NCBI GenBank assembly: GCA_951406725.2
Contig: OX597823.1
Location: forward strand, 20,708,001 to 20,772,000
Direction: 5' to 3'
Source of the DNA: Octopus vulgaris
Lineage: Eukaryota
DNA: 64,000 nucleotides
The notes under the pieces are model-generated. The model had not been told where the DNA came from. It saw nothing but the letters and a program-made list of their open reading frames with translations, and made no database searches. Each line of letters starts with the position of its first letter. Position 1 is the first letter of the stretch. Shown piece by piece: positions 1 through 12,966 of the stretch. The translations under genes were made by a program, and so were the position numbers.

Positions 1-359
1 ACAGTTTCGTTGCCCTTCGTTCATCTCAGCCTGGCGCAGCTGAAAGCAAGTGTCGGTAGAGTTTATCTCCAGCCTGTAATGCTCCTCAGCAGCACTGCCC
101 GGCCAGTGATTTCTGTAGATTATCCATGAGCACCGGGCCAAAATTCTTCCAGAACATACTTGCCAATTGATTTACCTCGACCTTCATAGACTCCTCCAGA
201 ACACAGTTGCTCTTGCCCGTCATTCTTCCAGAGACATGCGTCTCTTTTACAAAATGTGGGAGAATAGACACCACAATTTGGTCAGATGTATCCGAATGCA
301 AGAAGGCCAACCATTTATTTTGGATCAGATTACATTCAGTCCAATAGAGGTATGCATAC

Positions 360-404
<45 letters not shown>

Positions 405-458
405 CGTGTGCGCGTGCGTGTACGAGCGTCTTTGCGTTTAGTGTGTGTTTGTATAAAA

Positions 459-647
459 CAGCGGTTCCTAACGCTTTTTGCACTCGCGACCCCTTACCCA
501 AAAGCTTTAAACACACGTGACTCCCTACTATTAATTCACAATTGAAATTAATATTATCCCAAACTACTTCTAGCAAAGCTAGCCGATCCTCTGCCAAGGC
601 TTCGCGACACCCCCAGTAGCTCAGGAACCACCGATTGGGAACCCGAG
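459..647. mobile_element. hAT (Charlie-like) MITE
   Basis: Starts CAGCGGTTCCTAAC and ends with a degenerate inverse (GATTGGGAACCCGAG). 8-bp TSD with one mismatch: GTATAAAA (451-458) / ATATAAAA (648-655). Confidence 0.65.
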
Positions 648-697
648 ATATAAAAGATGTATATATTTCCATCATTCGACATTTACGTATATATATA

Positions 698-760
<63 letters not shown>

Positions 761-935
761 TATTCATATACATATAGTCATGCCATAGATACAAACGTAT
801 AGATAATGCCGATAAAATGAGGTAGTAAAGTGAGGTCGTAATTGAATACTATAAAATATTTTAGACCTTTCCATTACATTTCTTGGATTAATTAATAATT
901 ATTAAAAGGCATGAAAAACCAAACATTTTACTTAC

Positions 936-1100
936 CTCTATGAATAAGGGACTTTTGAACAGGTAATAAAAGAAATACGCGGGTATAGATGTAACGCAAA
1001 TACCAACGATTGCCCAGCCAATCCCGTTGGCCCAGTCTGGGTAGACATAGTCACCGAGGGTTAGACCTTTTTGGTAAATTGCGCTGATAATAATCACCAC
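936..1100 (-). CDS. SLC6 transporter exon, TM12 (165 nt)
   Basis: TTTTTCAG|GTGGTG...GAG|GTAAGT; VVIIISAIYQKGLTLGDYVYPDWANGIGWAIVGICVTSIPAYFFYYLFKSPLFIE; 'YxYPxWAxxxGW...IP' motif; phase 0->0. The final exon was not found in the window. Confidence 0.97.
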
Positions 1101-1211
1101 CTGAAAAATATACTTCATTGGTTAGTAAAAGAAAACATGCATACATACATGCACATACTCACACATACACAAACATACACACACACTCCATACACATATA
1201 TATGTATGTAC

Positions 1212-1361
1212 AGAAGCGTGGTTTTGTGGTAACAAGTTTGCTTCCAACGACATGGTTCCGAGTTCAGTCTCATTGCGAGGCACCTTGGGCAAGCGTCTTC
1301 TACTATAGCTTCGGGCAGACCAAAGACTTGTGACGGAAACTGAAAGCAGCCCGTCATATAA

Positions 1362-1427
<66 letters not shown>

Positions 1428-1457
1428 ACGCTATATATATCTATATCTATCTCTATA

Positions 1458-1513
<56 letters not shown>

Positions 1514-1530
1514 CACACACACGCACATAT
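1212..1530 (+). mobile_element. SINE family C, 5' half plus internal microsatellite
   Basis: Head TGTGGTAA...CATGGTTCCGAGTTCAGTC...CACCTTGGGCAAG, shared with many copies in the window, followed by (TA)n. Confidence 0.8.
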
Positions 1531-2465
1531 ATGAGAGAGGGAGATAGAGAATTACATATATAGACAAAGGAATGGATTAACAAAATTGAATATTCCATTT
1601 ATTGATTACTTGATTGATTGATGATTAAGTTATTCATAAATCGAGTGATTGATAATCTGATAGGCTGATACAGATATTTGTGTTTGTAAGCAAAGAATAG
1701 TATTTAATACATACAGTAAAGTTTTTTTTAATACTTTATGCAAAGCTAAAGCTTCTTGATTCTTACCTCCGATCGCTTAAACGAAAGACGTGAGGAGCGT
1801 GATAAAATATACAGAAAATCTTCTCAAAACATCAAAATATTTATCAGGTTGCCGAAAATTGTTTAGAAATATGTCATAGATATATTTACCAATTAGTTAT
1901 TTGCAGAAAACGGAATAAATTGCATGCGAAATACATATTAATCTTCATTTCACTAATATTATATATTTAAAATACATAGATAGCGAGGAAAGCGACAAGT
2001 GTTAATGAAATGTTTATGGTGATGAAGTGTATTTTTTATAGGTGGAAATCTGTTAGGGTATAGCACGTCCAGTATTTAGGAAATAAACTACCTTAGTAAA
2101 CTGAAATTTTTAGTGCCTAATGAGAGAATTATTCTCAAATATTCACGAATTCTGATCTTTGATTCAAAATTGCAAAAGTGGTTATACATCTCTGAGGTCA
2201 AAATTCGAACACTTTGAAAGAATAGTACGAGGTAATTGAATATCCGATACAGTAATTGTTAAATAACTTTTAGACTCCAGACGTATTTGAAGTGTGACGT
2301 GATTAGTTATTTTTCTGGGTATGTTAATGCATATTTAGTCATGAGAATGTCTTCTGAAATAATTTTCAGCGAGCCTTATAAATCTTTTTGTTTCACATGT
2401 TATTTGCAAAAGACATACTAGCTCGACAATAAATGGTTTACGTTGCAGGTGCAGCTATTTTAATT

Positions 2466-2892
2466 ACTCTTTACTCTTTTACTCTTTTGCTTGTTTCAGT
2501 CATGTGACTGTGGTCGTGCTGGAGCACCGCCTTTAGTCGTGCAAATCGACCCCAGGACTTATTCTTTGTAAGCCTAGTACTTATTCTATCGGTCTCTTTT
2601 GCCGAACCGCTAAGTTTCGGGGACGTAAACAAACCAGCATCGATTATCAGTCGATGTTGGGAGGGGGACAAACACAGACACACAAACACACACACACTTA
2701 TATATATATATATACATATACATATATACGAAAGGCTTCTTTCTGTTTCCGTCTACCAAATCCACTCACAAGGCTTTTGTCGGCCCGAGGCTATAGTAGA
2801 AGACACTTGCCGAAAGTGCCACGCAGTGAGACTGAACCCGAAACCATGTGGTTGGTAAGCAAGCTACTTACCACACAGCCACTCCTATGCCT
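2466..2892 (-). mobile_element. SINE family C, full length
   Basis: tRNA-like head, internal (TA)n(TG)n, and 3' tail CAGTCACATGACTGAAACAAG...AAAAGAGT repeats. Confidence 0.9.
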
Positions 2893-4866
2893 ATAAACAT
2901 TTTACCCGGCGTGCTAACGATTCTGCCAGTTCACCGCCTTTTCGACGTCGATGTTTGTGGAGAAACTATATTTTATGGTGTTGGAAAGCATTCTTCTATT
3001 TAAATATTTAAGGAAGCAGTGTCGTGTTTGGTAAGAAAAAAACCCCAACATTAACATTATTTCCATTAAAGATCTTATGTATCTTTGTCGTACAAGAATG
3101 TATTATATACCTAACAGAACGTATACTGAATAGTGCAAAAATATGAAACGTAAAATTATATCGTATACTTGTCTAATATATTTACCATGTTCTTAGCAAA
3201 GATGCTCGTATTTTGCTAGTCCGTTGAGAAAAGTTCTTGTTTATAAGCACAATCCTGACAATTTTGCAAGGAAAATATGAAGTATATGAAAGATTATACA
3301 ATGTTTCGTTTCATTTCTTTGCACTCTTTGTCCTGTATATAATTTGTTATATTTTTTAAGCAACTGTCGTTTAATCTTCCATTGTTATAATGAGCAAAAT
3401 AAAACGACAACATACTGAAGAATAAGCTAGATATACAGTCACTAATACTAATTTTGTAACAAATTTCATGTATATTTCGAATTGATATTAATGTAATCCA
3501 GTTTCTCGTAATGTTTATCTAAACTGCATTGGTTACGATTACATGGATTACCTGCTATAACTGAGTAATTAACAATAGTTAGATGAGTATATGTTTTGAT
3601 ATCTGTAGCTGAGTATTTTAGTGTTTATGGACCTCTTAATAGCACTCTCTGTGTGGCGATTCATAGCTCATGAAATGAAGCATTCGCCATCACGATAGCG
3701 ATGCAAAATAATGCACAACAATGTAAAATATATTCCAAATTAAGTCTAAAATGTTAAACCTTATAAATTCCCAAACCTTAACAACACCGTCCAATACGAT
3801 GAAGTAATACTCGAATTTATTCAGATCTCTGCAACTGTTACCATTGAAATGTTTCCATACAGTCTGTCATTTCCAGCTTCCTATTCTCTACTGTTGCATT
3901 CATAATAGATACAGTGACTTGAATACAACCTCACTTGCTATATGTACTAAATAGAAGGCTAGGAATATCGATTTTAAATTAGTGTTTACTACGATGTGCA
4001 TTTTAAGACTGATAAAGTAAAGATGTCATAAACTGTAATTTCGGAAGTTAAGGGTTAACAGACCAGAAAAATCAAAGGGAAATGAAAAATAAGCCATAAC
4101 TATGAAGTTGAAAAACGAACTTAATTGTTATTGAAATCTTAGTGTAACATCAAACTATAAAGTTCAAAATCATTAGAGATCAATTTAAAAAATAATCTTA
4201 TATAAATATAAATTTAAGCTTACTTTCTTATCAAAACTGAATTTCTGTTTATGCAATTTTTGTCTGGTCAAAATTTTATCTCTCCGATTTCAGTTTTTGA
4301 GAATACCCCTTTTATCGATTAGAAAATAGAACGAATCATAAAGGAAATAACCCTCAAAAATACGAAGAGCATTTTTGCGTTATATGCTATTTTCGATGCT
4401 CTCGTTTTATGCTTATACTATTATTTTATTAAAAAAATGTTTGTCTAATGCTGAAATGTATCAATGTAGTCTTGAACTTATACCAAATTTCACGACATTG
4501 AACACACGATGGGAATTTATGACACACTCACGATGTTATGCGTTGTTCAACTTCAGGTTTTGTCCCTATCATATTTTTATGCGAACCCTGAAATCTTCTG
4601 TGTTTTCTTCACTATAAATAAGAACAGTGAAAAATAAATCACCGAGCATATTCTTACAGCCAGATGAACTGGATTATTATTTTGAACGAAAATGGATAGC
4701 TAGATGGACTGAATTATTATTTTGACATGATTTAAGGCAATTCCCTGAAAGTAAATATCATGGATATGTAGATTTTCTTTACTATATCTATAACTGAGGA
4801 TACCTAAATCTCTCATTCTTTACCTTGAGCTAGAACTCCTGGGCATGGTAAGTAGATGTTTTGCTG

Positions 4867-5175
4867 TTTCGTTGTTTGTTCCTTCTCGAGCCATGCCTGG
4901 CTCATAAGGGCCGGTTTCCCGGTTTCCTTGGCGTATAGGTTCCCCACCTGGACAGGACGCCGGTCCGTCGCAGGTGAGCTGCAAGATGCAGGAGGAAAGA
5001 GTGAGAGAAAGTCGTGGCAAAAGAGTCAGCAGAAGTTCACCATTACCTTCTGCCGGAGCCGCGTGGAACTTAGGTGTTTCGCTCATAAACACACACGCAT
5101 CGCTCAGTCTGAGATTCGAAGCCGCTATCCCTTGACCGCGAGTCCGCTGCTCTAACCACTAGGCAATGAGCCTCC
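4867..5175 (-). mobile_element. tRNA-derived SINE, family B-related head with a different tail
   Basis: Head GGAGGCTCATTGCCTAGTGGTTAGAGCAGCGGACTCGCGGTC with A/B boxes like family B; 3' part differs. Confidence 0.75.
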
Positions 5176-5565
5176 TAAGTAGAAGTAGCAGTATAAAATT
5201 TACGTGTATTCCTGATATGTTGGGTTGAACTCCATAACTCTACAGCTATAACAAAGTAAGCTGTTGAATCACTATTTAGAAATGTAGCTTTGTTATTGTG
5301 ATGTAAGACGTAGTAAAGTTTAACATCGTCTAAATCATCGTGTTCATGCTAACACCGTAGAGTAAAACCTAATCAAAGAATATTCTATATTCTGATATTT
5401 GCTTTCGTCTTTGGGCTATGGCCATGCTGTAGCATCAGCTTGAAAAGCTTTTAGTCCATCAAATTGCCCCCAATACACGTTCGTTTTAGAATCTGGTTCT
5501 TATTGTTTTGATATTTGTTTTGATACAAGGTTACGGAGATGTAATCAGCATAGGTTATCAAATGG

Positions 5566-5619
<54 letters not shown>

Positions 5620-5699
5620 ACATTGCTAGTGATAAAATCCCGTAGTATTTCAAAATGAAGAAACAACTACATCTTTGGTCTTAATTGACATATTTAACC

Positions 5700-6310
5700 A
5701 AGAAAATATTTCACCTCATTATTTAAACACAATCCAATCTATTCAGCAGATTGTTTATCTCTCGAGCCTAAAATTCTTTGTGTTTCCAAGGAAAGTAACA
5801 GCAGAACATCATTTTCAACCTTTCACAATTAATATACAATTTTCCCTCTAAATAATGTTGCAATGATCTGAAAAGATGATAATCAGATATAGCAAGGTCA
5901 AGAGAGTAAGAAGGTTAGGCAAAACATCCATATTTAATGCACGATCTCTCTTCTGAGTGGCTTCAGCAATATGCGTTCTTGCGCTCTCGTGTAAAGGCAG
6001 CACCCTTTATGGCTAGCCAATGATGCCCAAATTTTCTCAAAACTTTTGTACAATACTTGCAGTTGAGGACACTATTCCTGTACATTAGCAGTTTCATTTT
6101 GGTTTAACGCTTCATGAAATATGCCATCCTTTAAATCCCTCCACACATTGATAAAAGCATTTTTTCGGTGTAGCCCCAGTTTAGGAATGAATTTCCCTTA
6201 TTCACTGGTGGGTAACCACAGTTGTTTTCGTTGGATATGATAACGGATATTGTGCAGAACCCACCCACTTTTCATCATCTGCGTTACTTTTAACCCGGGA
6301 ACGGTTCGCT
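5700..6310 (-). pseudogene. Degenerate mariner (DD34D-type) transposase remnant
   Basis: Interrupted translation contains 'DDEKW', 'LHESARTHIA' and 'YSLDLAISDYHLFRSLQHYLEGK' (mariner YSPDLAPSDYHLF motif); many stops and frameshifts. Confidence 0.8.
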
Positions 6311-6413
6311 ATCAAGTCTATTCATTAATGACGGTCAGAAGGTAACTCGATAAAAGTAAGAAGTAGTCAGGTGATGAGGGGTACGTTGACCAACCTTAGA
6401 CACTTTACTAAGT

Positions 6414-6446
<33 letters not shown>

Positions 6447-7580
6447 CACACACACACACACACATATTCGATAGGTTTCCATACAATTTTCTTTTAACAA
6501 AAGCTACATAGCTAATATATCGTGGAGTGGACCTGAGTACGAAACCACATGATTGCAAAACGAAAATTTTAATCTCATGGCCATGTCTGTGTTTCGTATA
6601 TCAGAATATCAAAACTAAAAAAAAAACCTGAGATACCGTAGAATTAAAGAAAAACGTAGTGGGGATACAAGTTAATGTGCAATATTATGCGATCGATGTG
6701 CTTCGACAAATAGGGGACACTACATTGGCAAAATCTAAGCACAAAAAGACTTGCTGCTAAGAGCGCAAAACATTCCTATGGAAATATATATTTGCTGGAC
6801 CAGAGAAAAAGAAATAGTGAACAATTAAATTAATGTGAGACATTATTCGAATGACAATTCAAGAAGAGGTAATGAATAATTAGTAACTGGTTTTTGCAGT
6901 TACCATTTAATTGAAAATGAATCATCAATGAACGTTCTTTTCAGGCAGAATTATATTTGATTATGTGTGGCAATCGATTTATCAATATGTTCGAGTACAT
7001 TTGATAAATGACCTACTACAGTGTTAGATTACGTAGGACCCAACATTCGATTACATGTGACAGCCGATCTATCTCAATGTTAAATGACGTGTGACGCTAT
7101 ATTCGATTACACATGGCAAGCGATTTATCATAATATTACTGGCAGCCAACAGTAATGGTTTCTATCATTGATAACACAAGGATAAGCAATTTTAGAAAAA
7201 AGAACACAGTCGAATAGAATAGAATAGAACTATCGCAAGAGATTGACTTGGATGTTAGTTTATTTTATCGACTCTGAAAATCAAATTTGATCTTGACTGG
7301 ATTTGAACTCGAAAGCTGAAAGGATTTAGCTAAATATCATTCGCTATTCTATTACACTACTTAACTCACAACATAACTAAAATAATTGAATTTTGAAACA
7401 ACATTTTCTTTTAACAGTTTTGATGAGCAACGAAGAGAGTGGCGAAAGCTGTTGAGCGCTGGACAAAATGCCGTGCATATTATTCACGTTCGTTTATGTA
7501 CTGAGTTTACATTAAGTTGAGATCTTTTCAACCCTTCAAAAGTTCTGTCAACTAATGTCGGTTTCAGGAAATGTCCCCCA

Positions 7581-8253
7581 CCTCTCTTGGTGGATTCCTC
7601 CTTTTCGCCTTCGGCCCAGTGCGTCCATGCTGCCAACAAAGCACGCGGAATTCTGTTCTTGATTCGACGGTCATTCGGAATGCTCACAGCAGCCATATTC
7701 CTACCACTCTATGTCACGCTGGTGAGACCCTTATTGGAATACGGGATTCAAGCCTCTTCTCCTTATCTCCTCAAAGACATACAGCATCTCGAAAGAGTCC
7801 AGAAGCTGGCTACCCGCATGGTTCATGGTCTCAAAAATTTGTCCTATGAAGAAAGGCTGAGGATGCTCGACCTTTATTCTCTAGAAAAACACCGCCGCCG
7901 TGGTGATCTCATTCTCGCCCACAACATCATAAGCGGAAAGTGTAACTCTCGAAAGAGCTGTTCTTCACTCCTGCTCCAGAGCGTCGGCTGCGGGGTTATT
8001 CCGAAAAGCTCTACCTGCGACGATAACATCTCAATCGAAGGAGAGGAGCTTTCTCCGTCCGGGTTGCGGATCCGTGGAACAAGCTGCCAGACGAGATGGT
8101 GAAGATGCCGACGACCGCTTTGCTCAAAGCCTCCTTGACCTCAAGTGGCCTGAACTATTTACATGAACACCACCCTGTACTTAACTCCATGTCTCCCTAC
8201 ATGGCCTTGCTATTTGCTTTTGAGCCAATTTAACTAACTAACTAACTAACTAA
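7581..8253 (+). mobile_element. 5'-truncated CR1-type LINE (ORF2 C-terminus, 3'UTR, (TAAC)n tail)
   Basis: 'LYVTLVRPLLEYG...LERVQKLATRMVHGLKNLSYEERL...RRRGDLI' is a typical CR1 ORF2 end. Frameshift near 7945; ends in TAAC repeats 8231-8253. Confidence 0.92.
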
Positions 8254-8610
8254 ATTTGTAGTCATGTTATTAAGTTACAAACCAATATTATTAGTAAATA
8301 TAGCAGGGATGGTTTCGAAGCATCATTTCCCCATGATGTTCCTGGGGCGTTTTGGGGGGATTAAACAACACACACACACACACACAACACAATGTGAGAA
8401 GACATTTTTGAATCAAGTCTGCTAAAGTGCCTGCCTAATGTCTAAAACCACAAACATCACGTAAATTGTCACCCCCAGTTTTTGCGTAAATTGGCGTTAC
8501 AGATTGGTGCAAAAATAATTGTAACGAATTATTAGAGATGTGTTAAAGAATTTTCTTTGTCTTCTTATCATTTGGTACACACATACACACACACACATAC
8601 ACACACACAA

Positions 8611-8662
<52 letters not shown>

Positions 8663-8778
8663 GCACACACACACGCACACGCACGCACACACACACATAC
8701 ACACACACACACACTACTAGGCACTGAATTAAATGCAAAATAAACTTTCACAAATTAGATATATATTATTAAAGAGAG

Positions 8779-9105
8779 GTGAAGGCGCGTGGCTTAGTGG
8801 TTAGGGCATTCGGTTTATGATTCTAAGGTCGTGAGTTCAATTCCCGGCGATACGTTGTGTCCTTGAGCAAGATACTTTATTTCACGTTGCTGTAGTCCAC
8901 TCAGCTGTCAAAAATGTGTAGTTCCTGTATTTCAAAGAGCCAGCCTTGTCACACTCTGTGTCACGTTGAATCACCCTGAGAACTACTTTATATGTACACG
9001 TGTCTGTGGATTGCTCAGTTACTTGCACGTTAATTTCACGAGCAAGCTGTTCCGTTGATCGTATCAGCTCGGATCCTCATCGTCGTAACCGACGGAGTGC
9101 TCCGT
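8779..9105 (+). mobile_element. SINE family D head/core (Meta-like domain) joined to family B tail
   Basis: tRNA head (TGGCTTAGTGG...GAGTTCAATTCC), core TTGTGTCCTTGAGCAAG...GTCCACTCAGCTG, then the tail shared with family B. Confidence 0.8.
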
Positions 9106-9390
9106 TTGTTATAGAGAGATAAATATTTGCTTAACATAAATCCAGATGTCGTTGTAGAAAAGCGACTCTCTGAAAGTGAAATCGTTCATTTAATTGCAAG
9201 TTCATGAGTTTGGATAAGTTCATTCGCCGTTGGGTGACGTTTTCTATTAATATACGTATTTATCTGAATAACATCCATGTATTCATTTATACATATATAC
9301 ATGCATACATACATACATACATACATACATACATACATACATACATACACACACACACGCACACACACATATATATATATATATATATGG

Positions 9391-9426
<36 letters not shown>

Positions 9427-9487
9427 AATATATATTATATATATATATATATATATTTACATACCTATATACATATATATAATATGA

Positions 9488-9536
<49 letters not shown>

Positions 9537-10089
9537 TGTGTGTGTGTGTGTATATATATATCATACATCATACATAATACGTACATATACACCCAGACAA
9601 ACACATACACACACAGATATAAATGTATGTATAAATTTCACTGCTGTAAACCACTGCAATGCTCTTTAATCGAGTGCTACTCATAAGACCAAGAACAACA
9701 ATACAGGATTTAATCTAAAGATTTTACTTTGCTTTAGGTCAAATAGAAACACTATTGAACAAATACTTTCATTAACAATTCGAATCTTTGCTTGCCGTGC
9801 AAGAAAATAAACTTATGTTATTTGTCTGTGCAAACAAGGTACAAAGCTTTACTTCACGGTAACCGAATTTACTCCGAAGTGCACAATTCACTAATTAATG
9901 GTATATTGATCTACATATAACGATGCAGGCATGGCTGCTTGCTTAAGAAACTCGTTTTTCAACCAATTCGCTCCGGGTTCAATCTCACTACGATGCCCAT
10001 TGCGCAAATGCCTCCTACTCTCCTATCCAACTAATAATTTTGGAATGAATCTGGAAGATGGAAACCTTGTAGAAGCCATATATATATGC

Positions 10090-10260
10090 GGCTATTACAC
10101 ATTTTTTTTCTCTGTTTGTTTTTTCTGTGGCCCTTTCTGTGGAAGAGTCTAGGCTCGAAACGTAAAAGCCATTTTCTATTCCTGAGCGTTATACTAATAC
10201 ATCTGCTTGTTTTGTACACCACCTGTCTTCGTCTTTTGTTTTTTTCGTAAACTCTCCTTA
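10090..10260 (+). mobile_element. Short Penelope-like unit between (TA)n tracts (copy 1)
   Basis: Near-identical to 28405-28590; contains a minimal hammerhead-like motif; flanked by TA repeats. Confidence 0.6.
10133..10168 (+). ncRNA. Minimal type I hammerhead-like motif (variant core)
   Basis: CUUU CUGUGGA A GAGU-cuag-GCUC GAAA CG UA AAAG: stem I CUUU/AAAG, 4-bp stem II, no real stem III; core A6 replaced by U. Confidence 0.45.
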
Positions 10261-10309
10261 CATATATATAAGTAGGAGAGTAAAAGAGTATATATATATA
10301 TATATATAT

Positions 10310-10588
10310 ACTCTTTTACTCTCCTACTTGTTTTAGTCATTTGACTGTGGCCATGCTAGAGCACCGACTTTAGGCGAGCAAATCGGCCCCAGGACTTATT
10401 CTTTGTAAGCGTAGTACATATTCTATCGGGGGTTTTTGCCGAATCGCTAAGTTACGGGGACGTAAACACACCAACATCGGTTGTCAGGTGATGTTGGGGC
10501 GCGGGACAAACATAGACACACAAACGTATACACACATACATACATACATACATACATACATACATACATACATACATACATACATACA

Positions 10589-10624
<36 letters not shown>

Positions 10625-10667
10625 TATATTGGCTAAACTGGCAATATGACCATTCCGAAATATAACA

Positions 10668-10736
<69 letters not shown>

Positions 10737-10760
10737 TACATATATACAACGGGCTTCTTT
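10310..10760 (-). mobile_element. SINE family C, 3' half with expanded (TATG)n/(TA)n interior
   Basis: Matches family C tail; interior carries a ~45-bp fragment (10628-10670) homologous to 63611-63653. Confidence 0.85.
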
Positions 10761-10891
10761 CACCCTTACCACTACCACCACCCACGCTACTGTTGCTGCT
10801 ACTGCAACCGCTGCGGCTATTACGCATAAAAACAATAATATCAGTGATGATGATGATAATAACAATAATAATTATAACAATAATAATAATG

Positions 10892-10961
<70 letters not shown>

Positions 10962-11481
10962 GTGTCTCTCATGGTTCCTAATCTTAACTGATTGGAAGTG
11001 TTATCATGTACATTGTTTTGTCTTGGTATAAAAGATGGGCTACAGCAAATATTCTGCTCAAACCACAGATTTGCTTATCAATTGTTTGACCTTAACCAGT
11101 TTAGCATGTCCCTTAGTGGCTGACGTTATGTGCATCTCTGATCATGAGCAGAAGTAGTGGGGGAGCATCATAGCCATGTGTTGAGAGGGATTCTTTGGGG
11201 TTTGGATAATTCACTTTTGGAAACACAGGTGTTTCGTTTAACATCCTTAAACAACCCTTATTCAGGACCTTTTGAGCAGGATGGGCTACTCGACCTGAAG
11301 AAACTTCTAACTGGGCCCCACCTGCAAGGTCATGTGCTGTTTATCTTGATATGAAATCACCATGTTGCGCACATATGGTTGTGATGCATGTGCCTAGTGT
11401 ACCCTTATCAGACGGGTAGTCATGATGGGTATACTGGGTTTTGTATATTTTACCCCAGTGTCATGCATTACTCTCTCACTC
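10962..11481 (-). mobile_element. ~520-bp non-coding insertion in (AAT)n; probable R4/Dong-related terminal fragment or non-autonomous derivative
   Basis: Complex sequence bounded directly by long (AAT)n on both sides. Family and strand are inferred from the known TAA targeting of Dong elements. Confidence 0.5.
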
Positions 11482-11492
11482 AATAATAATAA

Positions 11493-11584
<92 letters not shown>

Positions 11585-11987
11585 TAATAATAATAATAAT
11601 GAAACGTGTGGAGCCTCCCATGATGGTGTCACAATAAAACACTGGTGATACAACAGCATGACCTCAGCCCTCGGCTGAAACCAATAAGAGATAAAAGATA
11701 CACACACACACACACGTAAATATATATATAGACCCCTCCAGTCATATATGGCCACGAGATCGCACCTAGAAAATTCCTCACCCGGGCACAAGATTGTGTT
11801 TGGAAGGCCAGCAGTCACCCATGCATATTAACGTTCCCTCCTCTCCATACCACCGAAGTTCGAAGGAAAGACAAGGGCCGATACAGCTTGGCACCAACTT
11901 GTACGTATGTATATGTGTGTGCGTGTGTGTATAGCGCAGTTGTTGACACCACAACTGATGGTTGTGAAATAAAATTAGCCAGAAAGA

Positions 11988-12057
11988 GTCAAAGAGAAAT
12001 TGACAGCATTTTATACGTCAAAGAGAAATTGACAGCATTTTATACGTCAACGAGAAA
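11988..12057. repeat. 29-bp tandem duplication (~2.4 copies)
   Basis: GTCAAAGAGAAATTGACAGCATTTTATAC x2 plus a partial copy. Confidence 0.9.
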
Positions 12058-12464
12058 CATGATGCTAAAGGGCAACAACCATAAACAAACATTAACAACG
12101 TTAGACGGGACTGGAATTAAAGTCATATCTAAGCACGTTGACGAATGCTGAAACATTAACGACTGCGTCAATAAGACAATCGTCTAACACATGTAAACAA
12201 ATTAAGGATGAATGATATATTCAATGATATATTCAAATAGAGATTTCTGAGACAAGAAACACTAGACTTACATTGAAGGAGTAGACAGATACCGTATTAA
12301 TTGGACGTTATAATCGAGGATACGGAAATAAATTTTCAGAGAATCTTATGATGATCACGCTCGCCACATACACGTCCATATTGAAATGAGAGGATATGTG
12401 GATGTACACATGAACGTATCGGCATGGGTTCATATTTCATCTAAGCTTCACATATCTGCCCTTT

Positions 12465-12471
12465 CTGTCTG

Positions 12472-12519
<48 letters not shown>

Positions 12520-12724
12520 CTTTCTTTTTATTTTTTTTTTTTTTTTTATTTTATTTATTTTTTTTTTGTTCTTTTCTTCCCTTTTACGATCCCTCTTGAT
12601 CGAAAACCTACGCCACCCCCTTTTTTGTTTCTTTTGTTTTTTGTTTTTTTCATCCCCCAAAAGAAAATCTCTACCTTGTAACTTGTCCCATCTGTGTGCA
12701 GCCCTGTGTGGCCAATAAAGAAAC

Positions 12725-12795
<71 letters not shown>

Positions 12796-12811
12796 ATTGT
12801 CTATCTAATTG

Positions 12812-12863
<52 letters not shown>

Positions 12864-12892
12864 ATTGTCTGTCTGTTTGTCTATCTATCTAC

Positions 12893-12966
<74 letters not shown>
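12465..12966. repeat. (TATC)n microsatellite interrupted by a ~210-bp insertion
   Basis: Directly visible. Confidence 0.95.
12516..12725 (+). mobile_element. LINE-like 3' UTR fragment inside (TATC)n
   Basis: T-rich sequence ending ...TTGTCCCATCTGTGTGCAGCCCTGTGTGGCCAATAAAGAAAC, then TATC repeats. Confidence 0.55.

Noticed and set aside
1-340. GC-richer stretch with ORFs 86-361(-) and 167-520(+); possible final SLC6 exon or RT fragment
   Set aside because: No convincing phase-0 acceptor with an SLC6 C-terminal motif; resemblance to an L1/Tx1 RT is too weak to call.
1762-1860. GTAAG donor-like site considered for the TM11 exon
   Set aside because: Translation not SLC6-like; the true exon was found at 15354-15454.
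3752-4058. Possible piggyBac-like MITE (AGGG|TTAA right end)
   Set aside because: Left TIR not convincingly matched.
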